From a bacterium (GTDB lineage: Bacteria; SAR324; NAC60-12): 45,301 bases of DNA. The DNA is taken from NCBI GenBank assembly GCA_965233585.1, contig CBDDTI010000530.1, positions 1-45,301 of the forward strand. Direction: 5' to 3'. The translations under genes and the position numbers were made by a program. Positions 30,922 through 41,119 of this stretch are shown piece by piece. The notes beneath the pieces were generated by a model that had not been told where the DNA came from, ran no database searches, and worked only from the letters and a program-made list of their open reading frames with translations. Positions within the stretch are counted from its first letter, which is position 1. The number at the start of each line of letters is the position of its first letter.

Positions 30922-32134
30922 TCACTTGCCGCCGAGTTTGGCATTGATGGGGAAATCCAGACCTTGACACAGCTCCACCATACCCTCGGTAAATTCATCC
31001 AACTTGTGCAGAGGAAAATTCATCCTAATTATCTTGGTGCTGTGGCTTTTGTTGTTGTCGTTATACTGCGGGAAAAAAGATTTTTTACGCATTTTTCCGC
31101 TCAATTTTTTTCTATTTACATTTTTATTTCGCCTTACCTGCTCTTTAGAGACGTAAAATACCGGCCACACGCTAAGGCCCGCAGCACGCTGGATATGCCT
31201 AACGCCGCTAACTCCAATTACCATCCTAGGGTTGGATGCAATCACTTTGCTCATGGGGGCAAAAGGCAAGCTCACCGATCGCGATGACACCTCCTTGTTT
31301 TTAAAAGCCTCAATAAACTTTTTCATGGTGGCTGGATTAGGGTAGATGTACTGTTGAGCAAAACAGTGTGAAAAGTTTTTTAATTAAAAATACGCTGAGC
31401 TGATTTCAAACTGTTTTACTCACCCCGTCGTCTCCAATAAAATATTGTTCGCGATGGCTGTGGCTTTCAAGCCACTTGGAAAAGTTTACCTCCGCGGTTT
31501 TTACGCGCTCGTTAAAATCCCATTTGCAGGGTCGAAACAACTCCTCTTGCTTTTTCCTTGTCAAATTAATCCCATCCACCTTGGACGAAACCGGCTCCGG
31601 CTCGACATAATTTTTCCTCTTTGAATCGGGTAATTTCTTTTTGCCTGAATCGGACCTTGGTCTTTTTTTCGCGCAATACGGCTTTCTTTGATCCTCCATC
31701 TCCGGTTCTTCAATATCAGTCGGAGCATCGTCATCATCTTCGTCATCATCGTCATCCTCGTTATCATCTTGGGCAGCATCAGACTCAACATCGTTATCAT
31801 CGTTATCAGAGCCGTCTTGCATGTTCTCTGAGCCGGATTCTTCAGACTCGTCATCGCTTGAATTCTCGTTGTCTCTCATGTCCTCATCCTTCTCCATGTC
31901 TGAGTCGGAATCTTCTAATTGCTTATGTCCTTTGTTCGCAGATGACGAACGGGATTTGGCAAGTTTACTACTTTTTTGCTCTTTGGTGTAAACTTTTGAC
32001 GTTTTTTCAACGTGGCTTTTTTCGAACGGTGTCTTTTTCGCGACCTTTTTATGCGCAGACTTCCCCTTTTTTTTGTACAAGATCGTCTTGCTGCCTTTGC
32101 CATTGCTTTCAGATGATGTAGCCAGTTTACCCAT
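30922..32134 (-). CDS. Predicted spliced gene (exons 32134-31424 and 31350-30922; 379 aa) with basic/acidic low-complexity N-half and globular C-half
   Basis: GTGAGT donor at 31423 and CAACAG acceptor at 31351 (73 nt, phase 0) join two ORFs in frame: FIGDDG|YIYPNPATMKKF. Confidence 0.75.
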
Positions 32135-32215
32135 GACGCGACCGATGTTTTATCTTAGGTGTGGATGTGATGCTAGTCAAAATATTATTGGTGTTTCACC
32201 AAAAGCGCCAATTGG

Positions 32216-32337
32216 CTTTTATACTATTTTGACTTGTATAATGGCAAATGCTAGAATATTCTCGATGAAATTGTGGTCAACTTTTAACCCATTTTAAGGC
32301 AAAAAAAGTTCTAGAAGAAACTAGAAAAATCTAAAAG
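32216..32337 (-). promoter_or_regulatory. Putative Pol II promoter: TATA box with upstream heat-shock elements
   Basis: Minus-strand TATAAAAG (32223-32216); CtaGAAtaTTCtcG (32251-32264); TTCtaGAAgaAACtaGAAaaATC (32309-32331). Confidence 0.62.
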
Positions 32338-33259
32338 CAATTATTTTTATAAAAGTTTTTGAAAAAAATTTAAAAATGCTCATTTCTATTTTTTTGTCGG
32401 TAAAATGACCTAAAATTAGGGCATCTTTTGTAAAATGGAGAATTTTTTCCTCCTTTTTAGATGCTGCTCCTTGGCACGTGCTTTTTTTTTCTCACTTGAG
32501 CTAATGGTTTTTCTGCCTAATGGTTTTCAACGCTAATTTTCCTTCCAGAAAATTGTCATTCTTTATTTCTTTGACCGCAAAAAAGGGTGCAAAGACCCGA
32601 TTGTTAACCTTTTAATAATTAATCTTTTTTCCTTTTGCTGATTTATTTTAATGGGTGTGCTGCTAAAAAATTGACTGTTGTTTAAAAGAAAAACAATTTT
32701 TAGCAAACACGCTGTCTCATATCTTGTCATTAATTTGCTCCAATTTCGGCGCTTTTGCTTTAAGCCTTAATGCATGTGCGGAAAAATGAACAAAAATAAA
32801 GGAAAATTGCACGGAAAACACAATCTGACGTCAGGTTGCGGGGATAAAAAGGATTTACAAGAAAGGTTAAAATTTTCTCCAAAATTAATTATCTTTTGAA
32901 AAAAACCAGGTTTAATTTTTGCGCCTTTTTCTACTATTAAAAAGTTTACATGAATGACCCTTTTTGAGATAAGGAGTCATTCCAAAATCTAAACTGAAAC
33001 CGAAAAGATCCTAGTTTTATCTTTTAGACACTTGAAAAAATCGTAAGTAGACAAAAAAGTCTTTACAATTTTTAAACATTGAAGTTTTTTTAAAAATATT
33101 TTTAAACATAAAGTTGGTTAAAGTCTAAAAATTTTTTACACAAATTGAGCTTACGCAAAAAAAATTTAACAAGTGCTCAAAGTCTTAAAATTTTTTACCC
33201 AAAATTGAGCTTACGCAAAAAATCTTAAACCTGATTTCAACCACCCTGCTTTCTAGACA

Positions 33260-34030
33260 ATGCCAAAAAATAGGGAATCAAGATTGATTGGTTTTAAGAG
33301 GTGTGGGCCTTTCCAAATAAAACTGGGAAGAAGGACACCTGTGGAACAAGTCTCGGTCGAGCTCACGTCCGCATCTTCCACCGTCGCGCTGCCTTCGAAT
33401 TCACCGCCCGCTTCCCTTTCCACTTCCTTTATACGAATTAGAACTGAGCCCCTTTTAACCTCGACACCAAACACGTCGTTCAGACCGGTGTGTTACAGCC
33501 CTCCGCCTTCCCCATCGCCCGTGGCATCACCGGTCTATTCAATGCCGGCTCCCTATCGTCCGCTTCAACCTGGTTTGTTTTTGCCGGGCCCCCCAACTCC
33601 GGCTCCACCGAGACTACCAATTATGTCTCCAACGGCTGTGCCCCTCCCGCAATCTCCAATGTTGTGTGACATGAGGGCTTTGCGGGCTCAGCTAAGGCCG
33701 ATCCGTCCGGCACCGATAACAACTCCGCTTCTAGCTGCACCGCCGCGACTCGTCATCCCCGAACCGCAAAGGGTGATAAGATTACCGCGCGCGTCGGTAA
33801 ATGGTGGGGTCATTAGTGAGGGGCTCGACTTGAGGGTAAACCGCCCCTGTCCGGATCCGCAGGTTTTTGCGGAAAAATTGAAAAAAATTTTAAGTAAGGT
33901 GTCCCCCTTGCTCGTATTTTACGAGTCGCAAGGGGAAAATTTATTTTTAAACCCTTCCATACGCGATCTGTATAAAAAAAATTTAACCGAAGTCCAAGAA
34001 TTTGTAGAAAGTGCAAATAATTTATTGTAA
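33260..34030 (+). CDS. Proline/serine-rich hypothetical protein (256 aa)
   Basis: Long ATG ORF, GC-rich relative to its flanks; GLDLR motif and helical C-terminus. Confidence 0.7.
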   Translation: MPKNRESRLIGFKRCGPFQIKLGRRTPVEQVSVELTSASSTVALPSNSPPASLSTSFIRIRTEPLLTSTPNTSFRPVCYSPPPSPSPVASPVYSMPAPYRPLQPGLFLPGPPTPAPPRLPIMSPTAVPLPQSPMLCDMRALRAQLRPIRPAPITTPLLAAPPRLVIPEPQRVIRLPRASVNGGVISEGLDLRVNRPCPDPQVFAEKLKKILSKVSPLLVFYESQGENLFLNPSIRDLYKKNLTEVQEFVESANNLL

Positions 34031-34126
34031 ATATAACAATTGTTTGTGTGTGTATATATTTAAGATTATAAGATACATCATTTTTTTCCTTTTTCAGAAA
34101 AAGTTTAAAAGCGAGAGAAAAAAAGA

Positions 34127-34762
34127 ATGACGCACAAGTGTGAAACGTGTCACATATCGTTTTCCAGAAAGAGTCGTCTTGTCAATCATTTAAAATTAAA
34201 ACACAGAAATCAAGCAAATCATAGTGGTCGCGACAAGTTAAGAAAGTGCCCGTTTTGTGAACTTAAATACAGTGATAAGAACGAGTTATCGTCACACGTA
34301 GATTCGAATCACGCGGAATCAAGGGTATTTTCTAAAAGGCAAGGAGCCATTGGCGACAAAGTTTGCATTTTCCAACAAGAACTGACTCACCTAAAAAGCT
34401 CTTTGCAAGATTTTTGCAACTCTAAGCAAACGATCGAAAATGTGTTGAATCTCGTAAAAAGTCAATTTACACATCGGGTGGTTTGTCGAATAAGTATAAC
34501 AATCACGGCAGATTACGAGATACAGGGTTTAGATGAAGAAAGTCAGGGAAAAAGCGTCGACATCGATTCTTTCACGTTACGGTCAAAAGGCGTCGCGGTC
34601 AACAAATATCAAAGCGATGAGCAGATTCGAGATAGGATAAAGTCACTTTTGGTTGGATCGGTGGAGAGGGAAGACGATTTGTTAACTAGAGGTTCAGGTT
34701 GGCGATTTGCTCAACTTCAAAGTTGCAGCGTTTTAATCTATGACTGTAGCAGTATTTTTTAA
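34127..34762 (+). CDS. Two C2H2 zinc fingers fused to the putative terminal-protein region normally at the pPolB N-terminus (211 aa)
   Basis: CETC..H..H and CPFC..H...H fingers; C-terminal RGSGW motif matching the GSGW motif of Polinton pPolB N-termini. Confidence 0.75.
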   Translation: MTHKCETCHISFSRKSRLVNHLKLKHRNQANHSGRDKLRKCPFCELKYSDKNELSSHVDSNHAESRVFSKRQGAIGDKVCIFQQELTHLKSSLQDFCNSKQTIENVLNLVKSQFTHRVVCRISITITADYEIQGLDEESQGKSVDIDSFTLRSKGVAVNKYQSDEQIRDRIKSLLVGSVEREDDLLTRGSGWRFAQLQSCSVLIYDCSSIF

Positions 34763-34764
34763 AA

Positions 34765-37700
34765 ATGAACAGCGACTCTGTAAACGTGTCCGAGTATTTA
34801 TTAAAGTGTCGAAGTGTTTTATGGAACAGAAAATACGATGAAAAGAACTTTCTATATTGTGTCATACAACATCTTTGGCCGGAAACGGCAAACATCAGAC
34901 GATGCGAAAAAATTCCCAAGGAGTATGAAAGTAAATTTAACTTGCAAGGTTTAACCTTTCCCCTGCAGTTTAGCCAGATTAGTAAGTTTGTTCGAATTAA
35001 CAAGCACCTACCGTTACGTATAAGAGTTCTTTTTGAAGGTGAACATCAACTGAGTGTTTTAGACGTTTTCTCCAATAGATCTGGCGAGAAAAATAAGAAC
35101 AAAAATACGCTAAATTTGCTAATGATTAAAAGTGATTGTCGAATTTCATCGGCCAATAAAGACAGCATTGACGTAAATGGCATTTCCAACGTAAAAGACC
35201 TTGAGCATCAGCACCATTTTTTCACTATTGCTAATTTAAATGGCTTTTTGAACAACCGAAAATCTGCTATGACCAAAGGAAGACGGCATAGAAGTCAGTT
35301 TTATTTTTGTGACAGCTGTTTAAGAGATTTTCGTTCGCACAAGAAACAAAAATTACACGAAAAAATCTGTCAAATGGATAAACAAGCGGTGATTTATCCG
35401 GAAAAGGGCAGTGTCTTGAATTTCGATAAGCAAAGAAATGCATTTAAAGCACCTGTAGTGGGATTTGCCGATTTTGAGTGTTTTATGGAAAAGTCAGAGC
35501 AAGAAGCAAAAACATGTAAAACATGCGGAAAAGCGTGGGTGACATGCGAATGTCAAGTGTCGGGATGCACTGAGCTGAGTAAACATCGAGCTTGCGGCTA
35601 TTCAATTTGTTTTGTTGATTCGGAAAACGAAGTATTTTATCAAGAAACGTACAGTGGAAAAGACGCTGTGGAAAATTTTCTATCAAAGCTGGATTATTTC
35701 GAAGAATTAGTGGAAGCGCGAAAGCAACGGTTCAAAAACACATCTCAAATTATAGCGAGCAAACATGATTGGGAAGAGTACCGCGCCGCCACGCTATGTC
35801 ATATTTGCAAAAAAGAATTTGATTCAGGCTCGCGATTATATAAAAAAGTGGTTGATCATGATCACGTCACCGGAAACATTGTTCAAGCGGCGCATTCTAT
35901 TTGCAATCTGCAACGACAGGGCCCATTTAGAACACCTATATACTTTCACAACGCCAAAGGGTAAGTACAGACTTTTTTTAATATTTATAATCCTTGACTT
36001 GAGGGAAAGTCATTTTAAATTTTTTTAATTTTTAGATATGACATAAATCTACTAGTAGAAAAATTGGACAAAGAGGCTAATTTGATGGCGAGTAACCAAG
36101 AAAAGTTTAGGACAATCACTATTGGAAAATTTCAAATTAGGGATTCTCTAGAGCACGTGCCATCCAGTCTTGATGCGCTCATGACCGATTTATGCAAGGA
36201 TGAGACGTTTACCTTTCCGATTCTCAAACAATTCGAGCCTTACAGGAGGCTGTGGACGCGACAAAAGGCGAAAGGTTTAAAATTATTGAAAAGAAAAGGA
36301 GTATATCCGTATGAATACTTTTCATCATATGAGTCAATTAAAAACAGTCAATTTCCACCAAAAGACGCTTTCTACTCGAGATTGAGCGAAGCCCACATCT
36401 CAACCGAAGATCATAAGCACGGCTATGAAGTGTACAAGTTTTTTAATTGTAAAAATATGGACGACTACATGAAGTTATATTGCGGACTGGATGTGATTTT
36501 GCTGGCTGAGATTTTTGTAAAGTATCGAGAAATGGTGATGAAGCACTTTGAGTTGGATCCCATCTACTATTTAGGTATACCTGGCTTGTCATTTGACATC
36601 ATGCTGAAAATGTTTCAAAATGAAGAAAGAAAAGACGAAGAAGAGATTAGTGCCGATTTTATGTCGAAACCACCGGGCTCATTGGACTTGTTTCACGATC
36701 CGGCAATGGAACAGTTTTTTACACGCGGCATTAGAGGAGGGCAGAGTTTTATAGCTACCAGACAAGCGACGGGTCAGGCCGATCCTAAAGCGAGCGGCGA
36801 GCATTTACTATATGTAGATGGTAATATTTTTTATTAAACGTCAAAGAAAAAAAGATTGATTAAAATTACGATACATTTTCAGCTAACAATCTTTACGGCA
36901 GCATGGAAACACGCATGCTGCCGGTGGGTGATTTTAAGTGGGTGCCAAAAAAGGTGATAAAAACATGGACGGACAAGGACATTTTGAATTTGCCTTCGCA
37001 AAGCAGGATTGGCTATGCTTTTGAAGTGGATTTGCACTATCCAAAAAAATATCATAAGGTAAAAAAATTGTTTTTTGCTAAACACCAACTGCTAGAAAAA
37101 ATTTTTTTATTTATTTTGCAGAGAGATGATCAATTTCCTTTGGCTCCTTACACTGACACAATAAACTTTGATGATCTGTCACCGTTTAACAAACAACTTT
37201 TGAAGAAGCACTGTCCGGCTGATTACAAAAACAAACGTTACAGTTCGCGAAAGCTTCTTGCCACATTCTACCCGCGACGTAAATATGTCGTCTTGTTAGA
37301 TAATCTAAAGTATTATTTGAGACGAGGGCTGAAGCTTACAAAAATCAGACGAGCGGTCAAGTTTGAGCAAAAAGACTTTTTAAAAAACTTTATCACAAAA
37401 ATTACAAAATTAAGGTCGGAGGCGAAAACTGATTTTGAATTACGTCTCTTCAAGTTGTTTGCCAATTCCACATTTGGCAAATTTATAGGTAAAAAAAAGT
37501 AATGGCTCCCTTTTTTCACAATAAAATGTTTAATTTTTTTTTCAGAGAACGCGCGAAACTACATCGAAATCGTGTTGTGCCACAATGAAAAGAAGCTGAG
37601 AAAGACTTGCATGGGTCAGCATGTTTCGAATTTGAAAGTCATAAACGAAAACCTTGTGGCTGTCATGAAAAAACCGGCCGTTATTGAAATGAAGAAACCG

Positions 37701-38333
37701 TTGGCGGTGGGGTTTGCGATTTTGGAACTATCCAAACTCTACATGTATCGATCGTACGACAAATTTAGACGTTACTTTGGAACGGAGAATCTAAAGTTGT
37801 GCTTTTCGGACACAGACTCGTTTCTGTTTCAAGTAAAATGTCAAAATTTAGTTAAAAAGTTAAAAAGAATGGAACACATGTTCGACTTCTCAAAATACGA
37901 TAAAGATCACGAGTTGTTTGACGATAGCAGAGCCAACCATTTGTTTTACTTCAAAGACGAGCTAAAAGGAAAGGCCGCAATTACTGAATTTATCGGCTTA
38001 AGGCCAAAATGTTACAGCATGACGGTCAAGGATTTGAAAACCCGAGGAGCCAGCGTAAAGAAAATTTGTAAGGGCCTTAAAAAAACTAGTATTAAAAATC
38101 ACTTGACCTTTGAGGATTACAAAAAATGTTTAAACGAATCAGCATTGGTATATAAGCCTCTTGTTAATATTAAATCAAAGAATCACAGAATGTCAACAAC
38201 CCACCAACGAAAAATTGCTCTATCTGCCATGGACACCAAACGTTATGTGCTTTCTTGCGGAAAGTGCACTTTGGCCTTAGGAAGTTGTCATGTAAAAAAA
38301 TGTTGTAAACATGAATGTAAGGAAATCAAATAA
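34765..38333 (+). CDS. polB: Protein-primed family B DNA polymerase, 5 exons (34765-35960, 36036-36820, 36883-37058, 37122-37488, 37546-38333; 1103 aa)
   Basis: ExoI ADFE, EndoVII-like CHIC..DHDH..H..CN insert, spliced FHNAKG|YD, RKGVYPYEY, spliced YVD|ANNLYG, KLFANSTFGK, SDTDS, LRPKCY. Confidence 0.95.
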
Positions 38334-38396
38334 ACGTATTGATAAAAATTGATGGTAATATCTTGTCTCTTTTTTGTGTCAAGAAAAATTAAAAAC

Positions 38397-39083
38397 ATGG
38401 ACGGATTTGATTTGCGCTTTAAGCTTCCATCTAACTTACTCGCGGTAGGTCCCACTTCTTGCGGAAAAACGTCATGGCTAAAAAAACTGGTTGAAGATAG
38501 GGCCGTAATGTGCTCGCCCGTTCCGGAATGTATGATTCTATTTTACAAAGAATTTCAACCGGCCTATGCTGATATGGAGCGAGGGATGAACGATGACGCG
38601 CGTGAGAAGAGGTTCTGCAAATTTTCATCCATGCCAGAATCGGTTGAAGAGATGAAAGATATACTGGAAACGTTCCCTAGAGCTCTTCCAAAAATTGTAG
38701 TATTTGACGATTTTCTTGATGAAGTAGGAACGGTGCTAAAGCACTTTTTCACGGTTTTAACGCATCATTATAATTGTTTGACAGTTTTTTTGTGTCAGAA
38801 CATGTTTAGCGCCAAAAGCGAACTCAGAATGCTCAGCATCAACTCGCAGTACATGATTTTATTCAACAATCCCAGAGACCGTAGCGCCGTCTCGCACCTG
38901 GCTAAACAGGTGTATCCGGGTAACGTGCATCGGCTAAACGATGCATATGCGGCAGCAACCGGTGAAAGACCTTATGGCTATTTACTGCTGGATTTTCATC
39001 AGCAGCAGAATAATTTGGTTCGATTAAGAAGTCATATTTTTCCGGACGAACAGCCTACAAGGGCGTACAACGTACGCACGTAA
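38397..39083 (+). CDS. A32/FtsK-like genome packaging ATPase
   Basis: Walker A GPTSCGKT, Walker B IVVFDD, HH......QN, NSQY..LF.NPRD, PYGYLLLD. Likely start MDGFDLRF at 38397 (ORF open from 38349). Confidence 0.93.
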   Translation: MDGFDLRFKLPSNLLAVGPTSCGKTSWLKKLVEDRAVMCSPVPECMILFYKEFQPAYADMERGMNDDAREKRFCKFSSMPESVEEMKDILETFPRALPKIVVFDDFLDEVGTVLKHFFTVLTHHYNCLTVFLCQNMFSAKSELRMLSINSQYMILFNNPRDRSAVSHLAKQVYPGNVHRLNDAYAAATGERPYGYLLLDFHQQQNNLVRLRSHIFPDEQPTRAYNVRT

Positions 39084-39113
39084 GAATGGCAAAATCGTTA
39101 AGTAGAATGGTAA

Positions 39114-39467
39114 ATGACGAAATCACTAGAAAAAGCAGTTTCTCTTTTAAACGCGGTAAAACATTTAAAAGACCGTGACTGTTCCAATTTCATTGGATGT
39201 TTAAACGAGGAAGGCATCTATACTCTGTGTCGAATAATACACTACGTTTTGAACGGAGAGCTTACTTTTAGTAAGCGCGTTCGAGCAAGGTTAAGATCGA
39301 AAGTCGGGTGTCATCTGCCTGACTTTAAAAAACTGTCAAATTACCCGCGCAATAGTCGAGATATTTGCAAAAAGAAGCGAATACTGCAAAGAGGAGGCAT
39401 AATCGGGGTTCTGACGGCTATTGCTAGCGCTGTAATACCTCTAATCACTCAACTTATTACAAAATGA
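39114..39467 (+). CDS. Small basic conserved Polinton protein, probable core protein (117 aa)
   Basis: LC......VLNG.L..S, KKKRIL-QRGG followed by a hydrophobic C-terminal helix (protease-type GG site). Confidence 0.8.
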   Translation: MTKSLEKAVSLLNAVKHLKDRDCSNFIGCLNEEGIYTLCRIIHYVLNGELTFSKRVRARLRSKVGCHLPDFKKLSNYPRNSRDICKKKRILQRGGIIGVLTAIASAVIPLITQLITK

Positions 39468-40978
39468 AAAAGAAACAGGAAGAGGACGTATCCACCATGT
39501 TTTTGGTGCCGAAACGAATTTACCTTGCCTTGAGGGAGGTCATTAGCGAAGATGACAAGCTTAATCAATTAGATCAATTGAATAAAGGTACAAATTATAT
39601 AGAAGACGCTATTCAATTTAAGCAGCAGAAATCCTACAAGACACAACCGGAAGATTTGAAGAAAACGGTTTCAACTTTGGTAAATACGTTCAATAACATT
39701 GAGCAGCCGGCACAGATGGAAATAAACACCTTGCCTGCTCGAAACAGCGAAGAACTCTCGCAAAATGGTTTTACTTCTGTCCCTCCATCAAGCGGAAGCC
39801 AGCCCGATGGTCCTAATTTCATCTTTCCACCTGTAAATCCAACGGAAGCGGAAAACGTAAAACATCAAAAGGAAATAACGCTTTCGCATCAGGAAATTGC
39901 ATCGGAAAATTTACTTAATAACGAGCCTCAGCCTCAACACTGCGAATCATCAAACATCGACTTGAAAAAGAAAAACATCGTTCCGCCAAAACTTAGATGC
40001 CCGTTTTGTAACTATGCAACCTACTCAAGGGTATATTTTCTTATGCAACATTTGCGTAATAAACACAACTACCGCGCTAGTTTGGAAGAAGAAAGATTAG
40101 CGAGAGAAACATTGGAAAAGGCCAAAATTGAGCGCAATTCAAACAAAACCAAGGAACCTTTGCCATCTTTTCGCGGCAAAAGAAAAAACATTAGTGACGA
40201 GGATGAAAGCGGCATTCCATCAAAGCGGCGAAAACGTGATTGTTTAACTAAAAATTACGATGAAAATGAACCACTTTCGAAATTAAGACGCAATGTAAAA
40301 AATAAAAAATTAAATGCAAAACCAACAAAGAAAAAGGTAAAAAAGTCAACTTTTGATGAAAACGAGCCACTTTCTAAATTAAGACATCAAGGTGTAAAAA
40401 CGAAGAAAGAAAAGAAAGAATCAAGAAAATTAACTGTTGATGAAATACCTAAACAAGATGAAAAGGTTTTTAAATTACGAAAAAACCCGTTTTACATGAA
40501 GCCTTATAAAAAATACAATACGAAGAAAGAAAAGAAAGAATTAAAAAAGTTGACTGTTGATGAAATACTTAAACAGGATGGTAAGCTTTTTAAATTACGA
40601 AAAAACCCGTTTTACAAGAAGCCTTGTGAAAATTTCGATGAAAATGAACCACTTTCAAAATTAAGACGCAATGTAAAAAATAAAAAAATAATTGCAAAAC
40701 CGACAAAGAGAAAGTTAAAAGAGTCGACTTTTGATGAAAACGAGCCACTTTCTAAATTAAGACATCGAGGTGTAAAAACGAAGAAAGAAAAGAAAGAGTT
40801 AAAAAAGTTGACTGATGATGAAATACAGCTTTTTAAATTACGAAAAAACCCATTTTACAAGAAGCCTTATAAAAATTACGATGAAAATGAACCACTTTCA
40901 AAATTAAGACGCAATAGTAAAAAAAAAAACCCGTTTTACAAGAAGCCATTTCCTAAATTGATTGTTAGAAAGTTTTAA
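39464..40978 (+). CDS. Lysine-rich repeat protein with one C2H2 zinc finger (504 aa)
   Basis: MFLVP N-terminal motif; CPFC..H...H; five DENEPLSKLR repeats and several FKLRKNPFY repeats. Confidence 0.8.
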   Translation: MKKKQEEDVSTMFLVPKRIYLALREVISEDDKLNQLDQLNKGTNYIEDAIQFKQQKSYKTQPEDLKKTVSTLVNTFNNIEQPAQMEINTLPARNSEELSQNGFTSVPPSSGSQPDGPNFIFPPVNPTEAENVKHQKEITLSHQEIASENLLNNEPQPQHCESSNIDLKKKNIVPPKLRCPFCNYATYSRVYFLMQHLRNKHNYRASLEEERLARETLEKAKIERNSNKTKEPLPSFRGKRKNISDEDESGIPSKRRKRDCLTKNYDENEPLSKLRRNVKNKKLNAKPTKKKVKKSTFDENEPLSKLRHQGVKTKKEKKESRKLTVDEIPKQDEKVFKLRKNPFYMKPYKKYNTKKEKKELKKLTVDEILKQDGKLFKLRKNPFYKKPCENFDENEPLSKLRRNVKNKKIIAKPTKRKLKESTFDENEPLSKLRHRGVKTKKEKKELKKLTDDEIQLFKLRKNPFYKKPYKNYDENEPLSKLRRNSKKKNPFYKKPFPKLIVRKF

Positions 40979-41119
40979 GAAAAAGAAGATGAAAAGATAA
41001 AAATAAAATTTTCATATTTTTTGCAATTTCCTTAACTATTTAGTAACAGCATTCCGTTGAAGTTTATTGCAAAAAAAAAGAAAAGAAAAACCCCCGAGTT
41101 ATTGAGCACGTTTCTTCGT

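Noticed and set aside
34765..38333. polB as a fragmented pseudogene
   Set aside because: Every break is bounded by GT-AG and splicing restores conserved motifs in frame.
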